Below are positions 40,749 through 53,333 of a stretch of 64,000 nt of DNA, piece by piece. The stretch is from Octopus bimaculoides (Eukaryota), in NCBI RefSeq assembly GCF_001194135.2, contig NC_068999.1:24092893-24156892 (forward strand), in the 5' to 3' direction. The translations under genes were made by a program, and so were the position numbers. Within the stretch, counting starts at the first letter, position 1; each line of letters starts with the position of its first letter. The notes beneath the pieces are model-generated. The model saw only the letters and a list, made by a program, of their open reading frames with translations, did not search any database and had not been told where the DNA came from.

Positions 40749-41725
40749 CNNNNNNNNNNNNNNNNNNCTTTTATTTTACAGATGCTATTGCTTTCACTTT
40801 AAGCTCTTGTTTTTACTGTACGTTTTCAACCACTATTTACAAATAACAACGACAAACTACTGACAGAAAGAAGTTCACAATTACTGATGAAAGTTATTTC
40901 ATACATAATTTATTGACAGAAGTAACTTCATAAATTTCACTTCAATCCATATACTTCTTTAAATTTGCCTACAAATTTCTTATTTACTTTTGCAACATTT
41001 TGTGTTTTTTTGTTGTTGACAGAATTACTGATAAAAGTAAGTTCATAATTTACTGACAGAAGTCACTTCAAAAATTTCACTTAAATGCGTACACTGAGTT
41101 AATTTCCCTAAAAATTTCTAATTTACTTTTGCAACAGCTTTGTGTTTTTCTGTTGTTAACGGATTTTTTTTTTGTTTCTTCGAAACTGGCTGTTTGCTTC
41201 CTTCAATACTAGCTGTTTGGTTCCTTCGATACTGGCTCTTTGGTTTGCTGACAAATTTCGCTTCAACCTGTACAATTCTTTGTTTTCTGTAAAAATTTCT
41301 TATTTACTTTCTGCCCGTCGTATTAAGAAATACAATTTCTATTACCCAGTTATTTTCATTGTTTATTATTTTCTGCACCCATGTATTTCTGTATACATAT
41401 ATAACCATGCCTAGAAGGAAAGTGTTGAATTTGTCTATAATGTCAAAGTCACAGCTGCTAGCAGTTTAGACCTGTGTAATCTGGATGGCATTTTTAAACT
41501 TCATTATTCTCTTTAACCCAGGCAACGCCAGATATTTCTGCTAGTCTCCAATAAATTGGTTATACTTTTACAATACACAAAATGTTTTAACAATTATTTT
41601 TATACAATCTTATAATAGTTAATTATAAAAATAAAATAGGATTTTTTAAAATATCGAATGGCTAGGAGGGCTCTCATGAATAAAATAGGAATCTAAGGGG
41701 TAAAAAAAATTGTTGAGAAACACTG
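40228..41725. mobile_element. hAT-like MITE split by the Helitron
   Basis: Termini ctatggttctcaac (40228-40241) and gttgagaaacactg (41712-41725); ctctat present on both flanks as a partial TSD. Confidence 0.65.
40293..41544 (+). mobile_element. Non-autonomous Helitron
   Basis: Starts TC (tctataatataaa) after A40292 and ends CTAG before T41545, with a ggc-aac-gcc hairpin core just upstream. No TSD. Internal ~140-bp tandem duplication (40881-41163) and 23-bp repeats (41185-41248). Confidence 0.75.
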
Positions 41726-43070
41726 CTCTATATTGTCATCTGACTTGCTAGATATAAAAGTTAAATATCACTGAGATCACACCCCATCCTATTTGAAAAA
41801 AACATTAGATAATGTGTTCCAGATTTTTTGCACAAAGTAAAAAAATTTAGGATGGTCATCCCTGGAATGCCTTTGATTATAGTCTGTCCTGATTTCAGGC
41901 TAAACAAAAACAAACATAACTTCATACTTGTTTTGTCACAACTGACTTTTATGTTTCTCCGTTGAGTAAAACTTTTCAGTTGTCTGTATACTCATTTCTA
42001 AGAGGTATCCTGTTTGCTCTTTGTAAATCTTAACCAAAAATGCAGAGAATCTTTCAGATTTTCCATGTCTGAAGTGACTTTAACTCTGGTGAGATACTTG
42101 CAGTGTGTACTGTTATTCTTGGACTCTGTCCTAAGGTTGTATTGATCACAAATTTCTTATATCTTTTCTTTTATTACCTAAAAAATAAATGAAATTTTGA
42201 TTTTATCTCTGCTCTATTCTCAGAAATGATGTAAGTGTTTAACACTGTAGTGGGTATTAATTTTCCTGGTATAGCCTTTTTAGGATGATTTTTTTTTATA
42301 GATGTATCAATATTGGAACAGATTATTTAGTTTGATACTATAGACATCTAACAACACTTTTCTTAGCACTGTAGAAAATGGACTTGTAATTTAGACAGAG
42401 TTCAGTGGATGTTAGCTTTTAACAATGGATGTTTTCAGACCTAATTCTGCTACACCGAGAAATTTATCAGATGATAACAATGTCAGGCTAACTCTATATG
42501 CTCTATCAATGATATACAATCTGATAAAGACAATTGTATAAGACTTGAATGTTTCTCCCTAGCTGTTTAGATATACCTAGTTTTCTCAGTAAACATCAGA
42601 TTAAGCTTTTGTTACCATGTTTCTATTGAATTACACTGCCATTGTGTTAAATAGTTTGGAACATAATGAAGAATTTAAAAAAATAACTTCATTGTTAAGC
42701 TGGTGTTTGAGGCTATAAATTTACATGAGATTTTGATGGAAAGTTTTAATGTAGAATATTTTAAATAGAAAGTTTGTATCATAGAACCAAGGGAAGTCTC
42801 AAGTGGGATTGGTACCAAAATAGTATGGGGTGTTGTTGAAGCAGAGTTGCTCATTCTCAACTGCAATATGTCATTCATGATTCCATATTCTGGTAACCAT
42901 TCTCTAAGCTGCCTCTATTTTGAAATAATTTTGTAAGCTATTCTTCTTTTGTTTTAACAATATTTGTTTGTTTTTTAAAAAAATATTTAAGTGTTTTTTG
43001 CTTTATGTTTGCTTCTGGAAAGTTTATTTATTCAAACAACAGTGGACAACAGTACCAGAAGTAATGAAGG

Positions 43071-43430
43071 TGGTGGTGGTGGTGGTGGTGGTGGTGGTGG
43101 TGAACATTCAATAGAATAAAGTAGGTGGAGTTAACTCACTCAAACTGGAAAGTGAAACAGGACTGGAGACTCAATTTGCTGATTAAATAAAAACAGCAGC
43201 TACAGCAACAGTAATAATAAAGAACTGATGGACATTGATAAGTTTGAAAAATAATCAGTTGTAGTAGTTGTAGTGTTGGTAGTGGTTGTAATAGCAGTAG
43301 TAGTAGTATTAGTAGTTGTAGCAGCAGCAGCAGTGGTAATAGTAGTAGCAGTGGAGTTAGTGAAGGAGGTGGTAGTAGTAGTTGTAGTAATGGTGGTAGT
43401 GGTACTGGTGGTGGTAGTAGTAGTAGAGCA
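43071..43430. repeat. Compound trinucleotide tracts (GGT)n and (GTA/GCA/GTG)n
   Basis: Direct reading. Confidence 0.9.
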
Positions 43431-43954
43431 GCAGTTTTTGGCCATTTGCTAACTCACTTACAATAAAGGTGTCTTCATTGTTGCAGAAATGATTATTACC
43501 TGGGACCAAATGTATCCATGAATAAATCAAATTATAACGACATTTTAATGTACCGCCTTTATTATTTTGTATGCAAATAAGTCGAATAAATTATCTGATA
43601 TTTTAGTGGCTAGGCTTTCTAATTGAGTTATGGGCAAAACCGTCATTATAAGTATGGTGTAATGCTCTCAAATTTTATGCTATCCAAATTTGGGGGAAAT
43701 GTAAGTTTCTGTTTCAAGGAGCAGAATTAGCAGGAAATACATTTTTTTATAAAATTTAATTTTTTTTTCCTCTTGAGAAGCATTAAATTTTTGTGAAATT
43801 TGTCTCGGTTATTTTAGCTTAATAGATATTCTTTTCAACCAGTTTTGAAATTCATAAAAACAAATTGATTTTTATTTGTACAAGTTAAATAATTTGCATA
43901 ATTTAAATAATGATTTCTTACACATATGCACATGCATACATGTATGTGTGTGCT

Positions 43955-44011
<57 letters not shown>

Positions 44012-44524
44012 TATTCTAGAGAATATTAGTAAATTTGTAATACCAATACTTTGCTGACAGTTGTAGCATGACAAAGCTATTGATCTCAATTAGGCACTAA
44101 AAGTGGGGTAAAAAATTTCTCTGATATCAAGTTATAATAATTTTAGTTAGGCCATGCTAATCTTTTATCTTTTACTTGTTTCAGGCCTTGGTCAATGCCT
44201 TGAAGGGTTTTAGTCAAAGGGGTCAACTCCAGTACTCATTTCTTTAAAACGTGGAATTTATTCTTATGGTCTCTTTTGCCAAATTGCTAAGTTATAGGAA
44301 TGTAAACAAACCAGCACATTTGTCAAGTAGCTGTTGGGGACAAATACAACTGCGAAGACACACACATAGATGTATACATACATACATACATACATTTGTT
44401 TGAGGCTATACAATACTATTTAGTCACTCAACTATAAGTCCATTGCATCTTATAATAGAAACAAGTGTAAGCTAATGAAGTTCATAACATAGTCATTGTT
44501 TTTCCTGTCATCTCTTTTTCTTTT

Positions 44525-44544
<20 letters not shown>

Positions 44545-44555
<11 letters not shown>

Positions 44556-45645
44556 TCCCTAGGCGACCAAATCTGTAATGGGGTGGTTGCTCTGAGAGTG
44601 TAGCGGCTAGAATAAGAATAGCCTGGGCAAAGTTTAAGGAGCTCCTAACTCTGCTGGCAACTAAGGGCCTCTTGCTCAGGATGAAAGTTAGATTGTATGA
44701 TGCATGTGTGTGAACTGCCATGCTACACAGCAGTGAAACATGGGCCATGACTGCTGAGGACATGCGCAGGCTTGAAAGAAATGAAGCTAGTATGATCCGC
44801 TGGATGTGTAATGTCAGTGTGCATACATGACAGAGTGTAAGTGCCCTGAGATAAAAGTTGGACATAAGAAGCATCAAGTGTGGTGTGTCAGAGAGATGAC
44901 TGCACTGGTGGGGTCATGTGTTACATATGGATGAGGACAGCTGTGTGAGGAAGTGCCACACCCTAACTGTGGAAGAGGTAGACCCAGGAAGACATGGGAT
45001 GAGGTGGTGAAGCATGACTATCGAACGTTGGGCCTCACAGAAGCAATGATAGTAGACTGAGACCTTTGGAGATATGCTGTGACTAGAAGACTTGGCAACT
45101 GAAGTGAGATCGCAGCCATGGCTGATGCCAGTGTTGCATGTCCGGCCCATTTAAAAGTTCCCTTGATGCATCAGGCAATATGATATGCTTGAGAAGACCT
45201 ATTGAGTCAAGTAAAGCCAAAATCGTAGCTGTGGCCAGTGCCTCCTGACTGGCTCCTGTTCTGGTGGCACGTAAAATGTATCATCCGAATGTGATCGATG
45301 CCAAGGCCACCTGACTGGCTCTCGTACTGGTGGCACATAAAAAGCACCATCCAAACATAGCTGATGCCAGTGTCCCCTGACTGACTCTCATACTAGTGGC
45401 ATGTAAAAAGCACTATCCGAACGTGATCGATGCCAGGCCTGCATGACTGACTTCTGTGCCAGTGGCATGTAAAAAGGACCCACTACACTGTTGGAGTGGT
45501 TGGTGTTTGGAAGGGCATCCAGCTGTAGAAACATTGCCAGATCAGATTGGAGTCTGGTGCAGCCGCTGGCTTTCCAGACCTTAGTCAAACCGTCAAACCC
45601 ATGCAGCATGGAAAACAGACATTAAACGATGATGATAATGATGGA
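44545..45645 (+). mobile_element. RTE LINE 3' part with ~60-bp tandem repeats in the 3' UTR
   Basis: Decayed RT C-terminus (ERNEASMIRWMCNV.., WDEVVKHD), four ~60-bp units at about 45215-45480, and a (GAT)n tail. Confidence 0.85.
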
Positions 45646-45879
45646 TGACTACTTTCAATTTTCATCTACCAAATTCACTACCAAGTTTTAATCAGCCCAT
45701 GGCTATAGTAGAAGATGCCAGTGTGTCTCATTGTGAGACTGAACCTGAAACCATGCTTGCTTGTATATTTCCAATCATTTCACTTGACTGATTTTATTGT
45801 GAGTTATTTGTACTTACTACATTTAGGTTTTAAACACTATGAAGGGGAGTTTTAGTCTACTATTTGCAAGGATAAACTC

Positions 45880-46690
45880 ATTTTTTTAATCTTTCACTTA
45901 TTTTAGTCATACAATGCTAGAGCATCACCTTCAAGAATTTTAATCGAATGAATGGACCCCAGTACTTATTTTTTTCAGTTATGCATTTATTCTATTAGTC
46001 TCTTTTGTTGAACTACTAAGTTACAGGGTTGAAAACGCATTAATACCAGTTGTCAAGCAGTGGTGGGGGAGAAACAAAGATAGACACACTGATATATATA
46101 TATATATGACTGGCTTCTTTCAGTTTCTCTCTACTAAATCCACTCACAAGGCTTTTGATAAGCCTGAGGCTATTGTAGTAGACACTTGTCCAAAGTGCCA
46201 TGTAATGGGACTGAACCAAAAACCATGTAGTTGGGAAGCAAACTTCTTATCACACACTCATGCTTGTGCCTATAAATATAATAATATCAAAAGGTGTGGG
46301 CATGGATGTATGGTTTAATCTCACTGCATGGCACCTTGGGCAAGTGTCTTCTACTCTAGCTCTGGGTTGACCAAAGCCTTTGTAAGTGGATTTGGTAGAC
46401 AAAAATTGAAAGAAGTCCATTGTGTGTGTGCATGCATGTGTGTTTATGTGTACCCTTGTCTAGACTTTCTGTGATGGTTATAAATAAGAATCACCATCAT
46501 ATAAGCTAGATTGTCCAATATTCTGGGAAAAACCTGTCTGGCTATGGGGAAAATGCCTTACTTGGAAACAAGTGAGGGTTGGTGGCAGGAAAGGTATCAA
46601 GTCATAGAAAATTTGCCTCAAGAAATTCTGTCTGACCCATGCAAGCATGGGAAAGTGGATGGTAAATCAATACTGATGATTATGATGATG
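45880..46690. mobile_element. Head-to-head SINE A (minus, 45880-46265) and SINE A2 (plus, 46300-46690)
   Basis: Motif matches to the other copies. Confidence 0.75.
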
Positions 46691-47021
46691 ATGTACTGGT
46701 GTTGAATTTCAATCTTGTTTGGTTTGGCATTTTACATAAATGGTATCCCAAACATAAATTAGATGTAAGAATATAAAAAAAAAATTGGTTTGTCAAAATC
46801 AAAAAAAACAAATCATGTGCTGCTTCTACATAAAACTTGATCATCAAATAACTGTATTTTTCTTACCTTCACTTACTTGTATTTCTTTAGTCAATAATAA
46901 TATTTATAAGTATCTCTTATATTTCATATAATAATTATGTAATGTTAAACTGATGTGATATACAATGATTACAGTCTATTTGAATGTTTTGATGCTATCT
47001 TGTTTTTTCTTTTGCTTGTAG

Positions 47022-47074
47022 GATATTATAATTGCTGTCCGACGGGCGACTGCTTGCATTTCACTGATAGGATG
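47022..47074 (+). CDS. Internal coding exon, probably the start of TM1 of a cAMP-receptor-like (CrlA/GPR157-related) GPCR
   Basis: Strong acceptor (ttgttttttcttttgcttgtAG, ends 47021) and donor GTATGT at 47075. Phase 0 reads DIIIAVRRATACISLIG plus TG. Three CpGs in 12 nt in a CpG-poor region. The peptide resembles the D-x-I-I-x-V-R-R-A-T-x-x-x-S-L-x-G-C segment I recall from molluscan cAMP-receptor-like proteins; not database-checked. Confidence 0.6.
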
Positions 47075-47329
47075 GTATGTTCAGATAATTTTGTTTCAAA
47101 TTTACTTCCTGACTCATTTTAAGTGACTTTTGTTTTATATCAATGGAGGCAGGGCTCTGTGATAAAGAATTTCTCTTTGCAACTACATGAATCTAGGTTT
47201 GATCCCACTGCATATGTTATTGGGTAAATGTTTCTAACAAAACACTGGTTTCAATGAAAGCCTTGTGAATAACTAACATTTCGTTGACACAAACCTGTGG
47301 AAATCAGTTGTGTGTGTGTATAAGACCCG

Positions 47330-47728
47330 GCAAGCCAAGTAAGATCGTTGCCAGTGCCCCTGGACTGGCTCTTGTGCGGGTGGCACATAAGATGCACCAT
47401 TTTGAGCGTGGCCGTTGCCAGTACCGCCTGACTGGCTTCCATAGGATTTTCGAGCGAGATCGTTGCCAGTGCCCCTGGACTGGCTTGTGCGGGTGGCACA
47501 TAAAAGACACCATTTCGAGCGTGGCCGTTGCCAGTATCGCCTGACTGGCCTTCGTGCAGGTGACAACTAAAAGCACCTACTACACTCTCTGAGTGGTTGG
47601 CATTAGGAAGGGCATCCAGCTGTAGAAACTCTGCCAAATTTAGATTGGAGCCTGGTGTTGCCATCCGGTTTCACCAGTCCCCAGTCAAGTCATCCAACCC
47701 ATGCTAGCATGGAAAGCGGACGTTAAAC

Positions 47729-47760
<32 letters not shown>
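47330..47760 (+). mobile_element. Young RTE LINE 3' UTR fragment
   Basis: About four tandem gttgccagt..gactggc units; CpG retained; long (GAT)n tail. Confidence 0.85.
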
Positions 47761-47761
<1 letters not shown>

Positions 47762-48021
47762 ATATATATATACATACACACACAAACATGATAGGGTGGT
47801 GAAGAGTTCCTAGCTTTGAATAAAAGAAAATACAGAAGTATCAGTTAATTATGATTTTATTCAACATATTCTCCTCTCAGATTCACACCCTTATTGCAAC
47901 AATCCTTCAAACGCGTGAAAATGCTATAAATAGCGTGATCAGGATAAATTATCCATATAATGAAGAAAATATGTTGCCAGCCAGCCATGAGACTCGAACT
48001 CACATCTCTGTGATTACATGT

Positions 48022-48076
48022 CAATATATATATATGTATATATATATATATATGTGTGTGTATATATATATGTATG

Positions 48077-48125
<49 letters not shown>

Positions 48126-48488
48126 ATGTATATGTATATATATGTGTGTGTGTGTATGTATGTGTGTGCATTTTGTTTTGACATCATGATAGTTGTAAAG
48201 AAATATCGCTGTCATACAAATGATGTTGTCTGTTCCCAATATTCCATGAAACATATGTCTGACTATGGGGAAATATTATTACTTTGCTTGGAAACAGGTA
48301 AAGAGTGGCAACAAGGCAGCCATCCAACCATAGAAGATCTATCCTCAACAAATAACATCTGACATGCACAAGCATGGAAAAGTGGATGTTAAGTGATGCT
48401 AATGATGATGAACAATATAAAGTGTGTGTGTGTGTATTGCACAGTATATCAATATATATATATATATATATATATAACAATATATATG

Positions 48489-48580
<92 letters not shown>
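48022..48580. repeat. (TA)n-rich microsatellites flanking a SINE A2 tail
   Basis: Direct reading. Confidence 0.9.
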
Positions 48581-48583
<3 letters not shown>

Positions 48584-48724
48584 TGTTATATTTGGGGATG
48601 GTCATTTTGTCAATAAGCACATGCATTATTTACTTAATCTTCACTTTAGCTTTATTATTATCAGTTACACTTTATTTGTTAGAGTTCTTTTGTCACATGT
48701 TCTGCATATTTACATGTTTGTGCA

Positions 48725-48759
<35 letters not shown>

Positions 48760-50054
48760 ACACACACACATGTTTAAGACAATTACAATAAATATGGAGA
48801 ATAATACACCTGCACTTTTTTAATTTTTACAGTCAAGGGTACAGCATAATTAATTTAAATGTCTGATGTACGTTTCTGCTGCTTAGACATCTTTCAACTG
48901 CACTTGCATCCAGTTTCATTAGCTACAAATTAATGAGTCTATCCAGCTTTATTCAAGGTTTAGCCACTGTTGTGGTTTGAAGCAAATTAAGGGTATGTTG
49001 CTTTAGCTAACATTATATTTGATAGAGCACTATAGTTTTTGAGTGCAAAGAATGGGTGAGAAACATTTGGAAACCTGATACAACTATAATGAATGGTTAT
49101 AAGGCTGACCCTATAATGACCCTAGGTTTGAATTTCAAATCATGATTACTAAATTCTTAATTAAATTAGAGTATGTTTCAACCACTAGCCTTAAGTGAAT
49201 TACAAATTACAAATAAATGTGTTTCAGAGATATATGTAAATAATTACAAGTCACTAAGTCAGATATAATTTAGAGATAGAAAAAATGTATAACTTACTTG
49301 TAAGGCCAATTCAAATCTTTATATAAATCAGTTTACAACATGTAAATTTCGTCCACCTAGGTATATAGGAAATTGTTTCATATTTGGAGTTTTATATATG
49401 AAGAATACTAATTACTACTCGGATATAGGCAACTAGATATTACACTGACATTTACCATTAAGACTTTAGCTTCCCCTATATACGTGGTACTTACTCAAAA
49501 ATCCTTTCTGTGGAAATATTTGAATGCCTTTCTCTAAAGGTGTGCACAGCTTACAGATATTTGCTGCTTATGATTTAGTAACCGGTGTCTAGATGTAAAA
49601 ATATGGAATATTTCTTCTAGGCACAGATTGCATCTTTTTCTTCTGTTTACATAAGGCTCTGCCCCACATATTATTTCACATTCTATATTAAAGATATGTA
49701 TAACTTACATATTTCACAACTGTATCACATGACAGTGGCTAAACCTTAAATAAAGCTACTTAGATTCTTAAGCAGATGAATGAAACTAACATTTTTGTTC
49801 AGTTTAACACAAAACTTTATTGCATAATTCCAAATTGTCTTCATGTCCCAACTGCAAAGTAGAAAACTAGTCAGTTATGACAAGCAGTGTTTAGTAGGGT
49901 GTGTTCAAAGTGCTGCTATAGCTGTCTCCTTCAGTCTGGAATTAAACATTTGACAGATCAGCTTATTAGATGTATAATGATATACTAAAATTACTATAAA
50001 TCAGGACGGTTATAATTGCCTTTCCCACAAAGCCTCAAAACTTCTGGGATGCAC

Positions 50055-51420
50055 CTCATACATGGCTACTTATATTTTAGTTGAGAGGATAAGAGAGTGT
50101 TCAGGTGGAGCTAGAAAGAGATAAAAATAGTGGTCATGAAACGTCTGCGTACACTCTGGAGGAACGAGGTGAGTAGAAGTGAGTGGAGAGAGAGGGACCT
50201 ATGGGTGGATGGAAGTTGCAAGTATGTATGGTGGACTGAGCGAATGAATGTAAATTGATGGGGAATGGGTGAGGACCAGGCAGTAAGTGGCAACTATTAT
50301 GATTGGACAGGGTTGAAAGGTGGGTGTGGTGAATGCCTCAGAAGGAGTGGGAAATAACCAATGATACAATGATGAAATAGAGTAGAAGGTGAGTGACAGT
50401 ACAGAAAAAGATTAGGTAGAGCAGCAGAACAGTGGTGATGATACAGTAGACAGGGGAGGAATGAGAGAGAGATAACATGTAGTTGGGTAGGTTGCTGGAG
50501 TAGGCACGGTGAAGAAAGAAGAATGTGTAGTGTATGAACAGAGTGAGAAACATATGGTAATGGAGTACCCACACACACTCACACAAACACATAGAGGCAC
50601 CAACAGAAAGGATGGGATCAATATAATGTGTAGGTGGAGAGACCTAATTATGGATGAAGGATAGATAACATGTTAAATGGTTCTGAGTAGTTCCTTTGAT
50701 CCTTCTAGCTCAAAGTCTGAAGTCACTAATCACTAACCTTAACTCATTTTCTGGTGAGAATGTAGTCAGTTTGGTCTGTGCCCACCAAATTGATAGGTGA
50801 TCAGATAGCCAGCTGGTTTCCTGAAGCTAGTGTTGTAGGCCATCAAGTCATTTGCATCACAGAACTCCAGCAGCCTTGTTCCCTCCTCATTTCTAGCACT
50901 GAAGCTGAAACCTTCTTGCACTCCCTGGAATCCATTGAAGTGAACATGTAACTGAAGTCACCAGCCACAATAATATATCACTGTCATTTGTCATTGAGGT
51001 AATCTATAAGAGAAGCTTGTAAAATTAGTTCTGTTTATCTGCCAACCCACATTGCAGAGCATAGAAAGAGATAAATGTAACAGTTAATTTATCTAAGACT
51101 TGATAAATTAACTAGTCTCAACTTTATCCTGTCACACACTTTATAATCTCAATGACTTTATCCACCTATTTCCCTGCCAAAAGTATGTCAATACTACCTA
51201 CCTAATCACTGCTGTGTACCCAAGAGCATTTGTACCCATGTTCCTTGCACATGAGGAATCTAACTGAGGGTGCCCTCCCCCTTCTGGCACACAGCATATA
51301 TCAGCATGCCTCCTCTCTAGCATCTTAATAATCTCGCTGGACCTATTTTTCATTGTGTGGACATTGATTGTAGTGGCTCTGAAGTTGTGGACTTGGAGGG
51401 AAGAGTGGGAGAATAGTTCG
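50055..51420 (-). mobile_element. RTE derivative: AP-endonuclease remnant joined to the pyrimidine-rich body
   Basis: The minus strand of 50750-51010 gives VAGDF..RNEEGTRLLEFCDAND-like residues; 50055-50690 matches 2100-2720. Confidence 0.6.
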
Positions 51421-51687
51421 GGGTGTGGGTTGAAAAGATTTATGTGAACAGGCTCTTGTATATGTCAAATTAATTTAATTAAGCAATTACTACTCAGTGA
51501 ATAACAATTTCCTCAATCTTCATCCAGGGCAAGCACCTGCAAGGTGAAAGAAGAAGGGGGAAAGAGGGAAAGTAGGGGAGATTTGACAAGCTGAAGAGAG
51601 AAGCGGATAGATAGTAAGAATTTGTATGTAAATATGTAACCCTTATATTTACACATTCAGATACATGTGTATATATGCATACATTTA

Positions 51688-51722
<35 letters not shown>

Positions 51723-51827
51723 GCATGTGTGTGTGTGTCTGTGTATTATGTATGCATGTATGTGTGTATATGTATTATGTATGCATGTATGTATGTATAT
51801 ATGTATGTATGTGTGTATATGTATGTA

Positions 51828-52561
51828 CAGGGTGCAATGGGTAAATTGTCACCATTTTATATTTTTAATTTCGCACATGCACATTGTTTGTTTCTGATTT
51901 TGTTGACTACACAGTATAGTAGGATCAGTCGAGCACTGTCCATAAGAAACACAGCACCATGACGCAGCTCACTCTGCCAGAAATTTGGAAACAACATGCT
52001 GTACTGTTTGGCATTCACACTGGAAGCTCCAATTTGAACAAATGGTGAATGCATGGAACAACCATTGGCTTGCTGTGTCCCCAAAACATGTACTGAAAGT
52101 AATAAAAATCAAACATCCAATGAACATCATGGTGTTTGGAGTGATCACTAGTCATGGCGAGGTTATGCCTCCATTCATCTTCCCATACAGCCTCATGCTC
52201 AACATGGAGGCCTACATCAAGTGGCTGGAGGAGGTAGTGTTGCCCTGGGTCAAGAGGGTGGCTGCTGGAAGACCCTATGTCTGGCAACAGGACTCTACAC
52301 CATGTCACACAAGCAAGAGAACCCAGTCATGGCTGTTAGATAATTTCTGCAACTACATCACCCCTAACATCTGGCCACCTAACTCCCCAGACAGCAACCC
52401 CCTTGATTATTATGTGTGGGACGCAGTTGAGACCAACACAACTCCTTGTAATATCAAAGATGAACTAAAAGCAAGGATTATGGCAGCATTCACCAACTTA
52501 AGCAAGGAGACCGTCCAGAATAGTTGCAGGCGATTCTGAATTCATCTGGAGGTCGTTGTTG
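51828..52561 (+). mobile_element. Internally deleted maT-type (DD37D) Tc1/mariner transposon; right end lost in a gap
   Basis: TA then cagggtgcaatgggtaaattgtc at 51828. ORF 51985-52539 has WQQD...WPPNSPDSNPLDYY with 37 residues between the 2nd and 3rd catalytic Asp. The HTH and first Asp are missing. Confidence 0.85.
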
Positions 52562-53333
52562 NNNNNNNNNNNNNNNNNNNNNNNNNNNNNNNNNNNNNNN
52601 NNNNNNNNNNNNNNNNNNNNNNNNNNNNNNNNNNNNNNNNNNNNNNNNNNNNNNNNNNNNNNNNNNNNNNNNNNNNNNNNNNNNNNNNNNNNNNNNNNNN
52701 NNNNNNNNNNNNNNNNNNNNNNNNNNNNNNNNNNNNNNNNNNNNNNNNNNNNNNNNNNNNNNNNNNNNNNNNNNNNNNNNNNNNNNNNNNNNNNNNNNNN
52801 NNNNNNNNNNNNNNNNNNNNNNNNNNNNNNNNNNNNNNNNNNNNNNNNNNNNNNNNNNNNNNNNNNNNNNNNNNNNNNNNNNNNNNNNNNNNNNNNNNNN
52901 NNNNNNNNNNNNNNNNNNNNNNNNNNNNNNNNNNNNNNNNNNNNNNNNNNNNNNNNNNNNNNNNNNNNNNNNNNNNNNNNNNNNNNNNNNNNNNNNNNNN
53001 NNNNNNNNNNNNNNNNNNNNNNNNNNNNNNNNNNNNNNNNNNNNNNNNNNNNNTATATATATAGGGAAAGAGAGCGGGGGACATTATGTATATCTTACTT
53101 AAAATGGTTATAATATTGAAAGGCACAGAACTGTAGTTTTAATCTTGGGAAAGCTCCTTGTATAGATGTATAGTGATAAAAAGTACAAACATATATCAGT
53201 AGTGGACAGAAAGCTTTTTATCTTCTACTGATACACATCTGTGCTTTTTAGCACTGTATGTCTATATAAGAAACTTTTTCTAAGATTGTAGTTTTGTGAC
53301 TTTTGATAGTATATCCATGTTATGTAACATAGA

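Noticed and set aside
43200-43445. Poly-Thr mucin-like ORF
   Set aside because: Translation of trinucleotide microsatellites; no splice or homology support.
45215-45480. Repeat-spacer-like array suggesting CRISPR
   Set aside because: The units are wholly homologous tandem repeats in an RTE 3' UTR, with no unique spacers and no cas genes, in eukaryotic DNA.
49298-49356. Minus-strand exon-like segment with AG and GTAAGT
   Set aside because: Stops in all three frames and no other minus-strand gene evidence.
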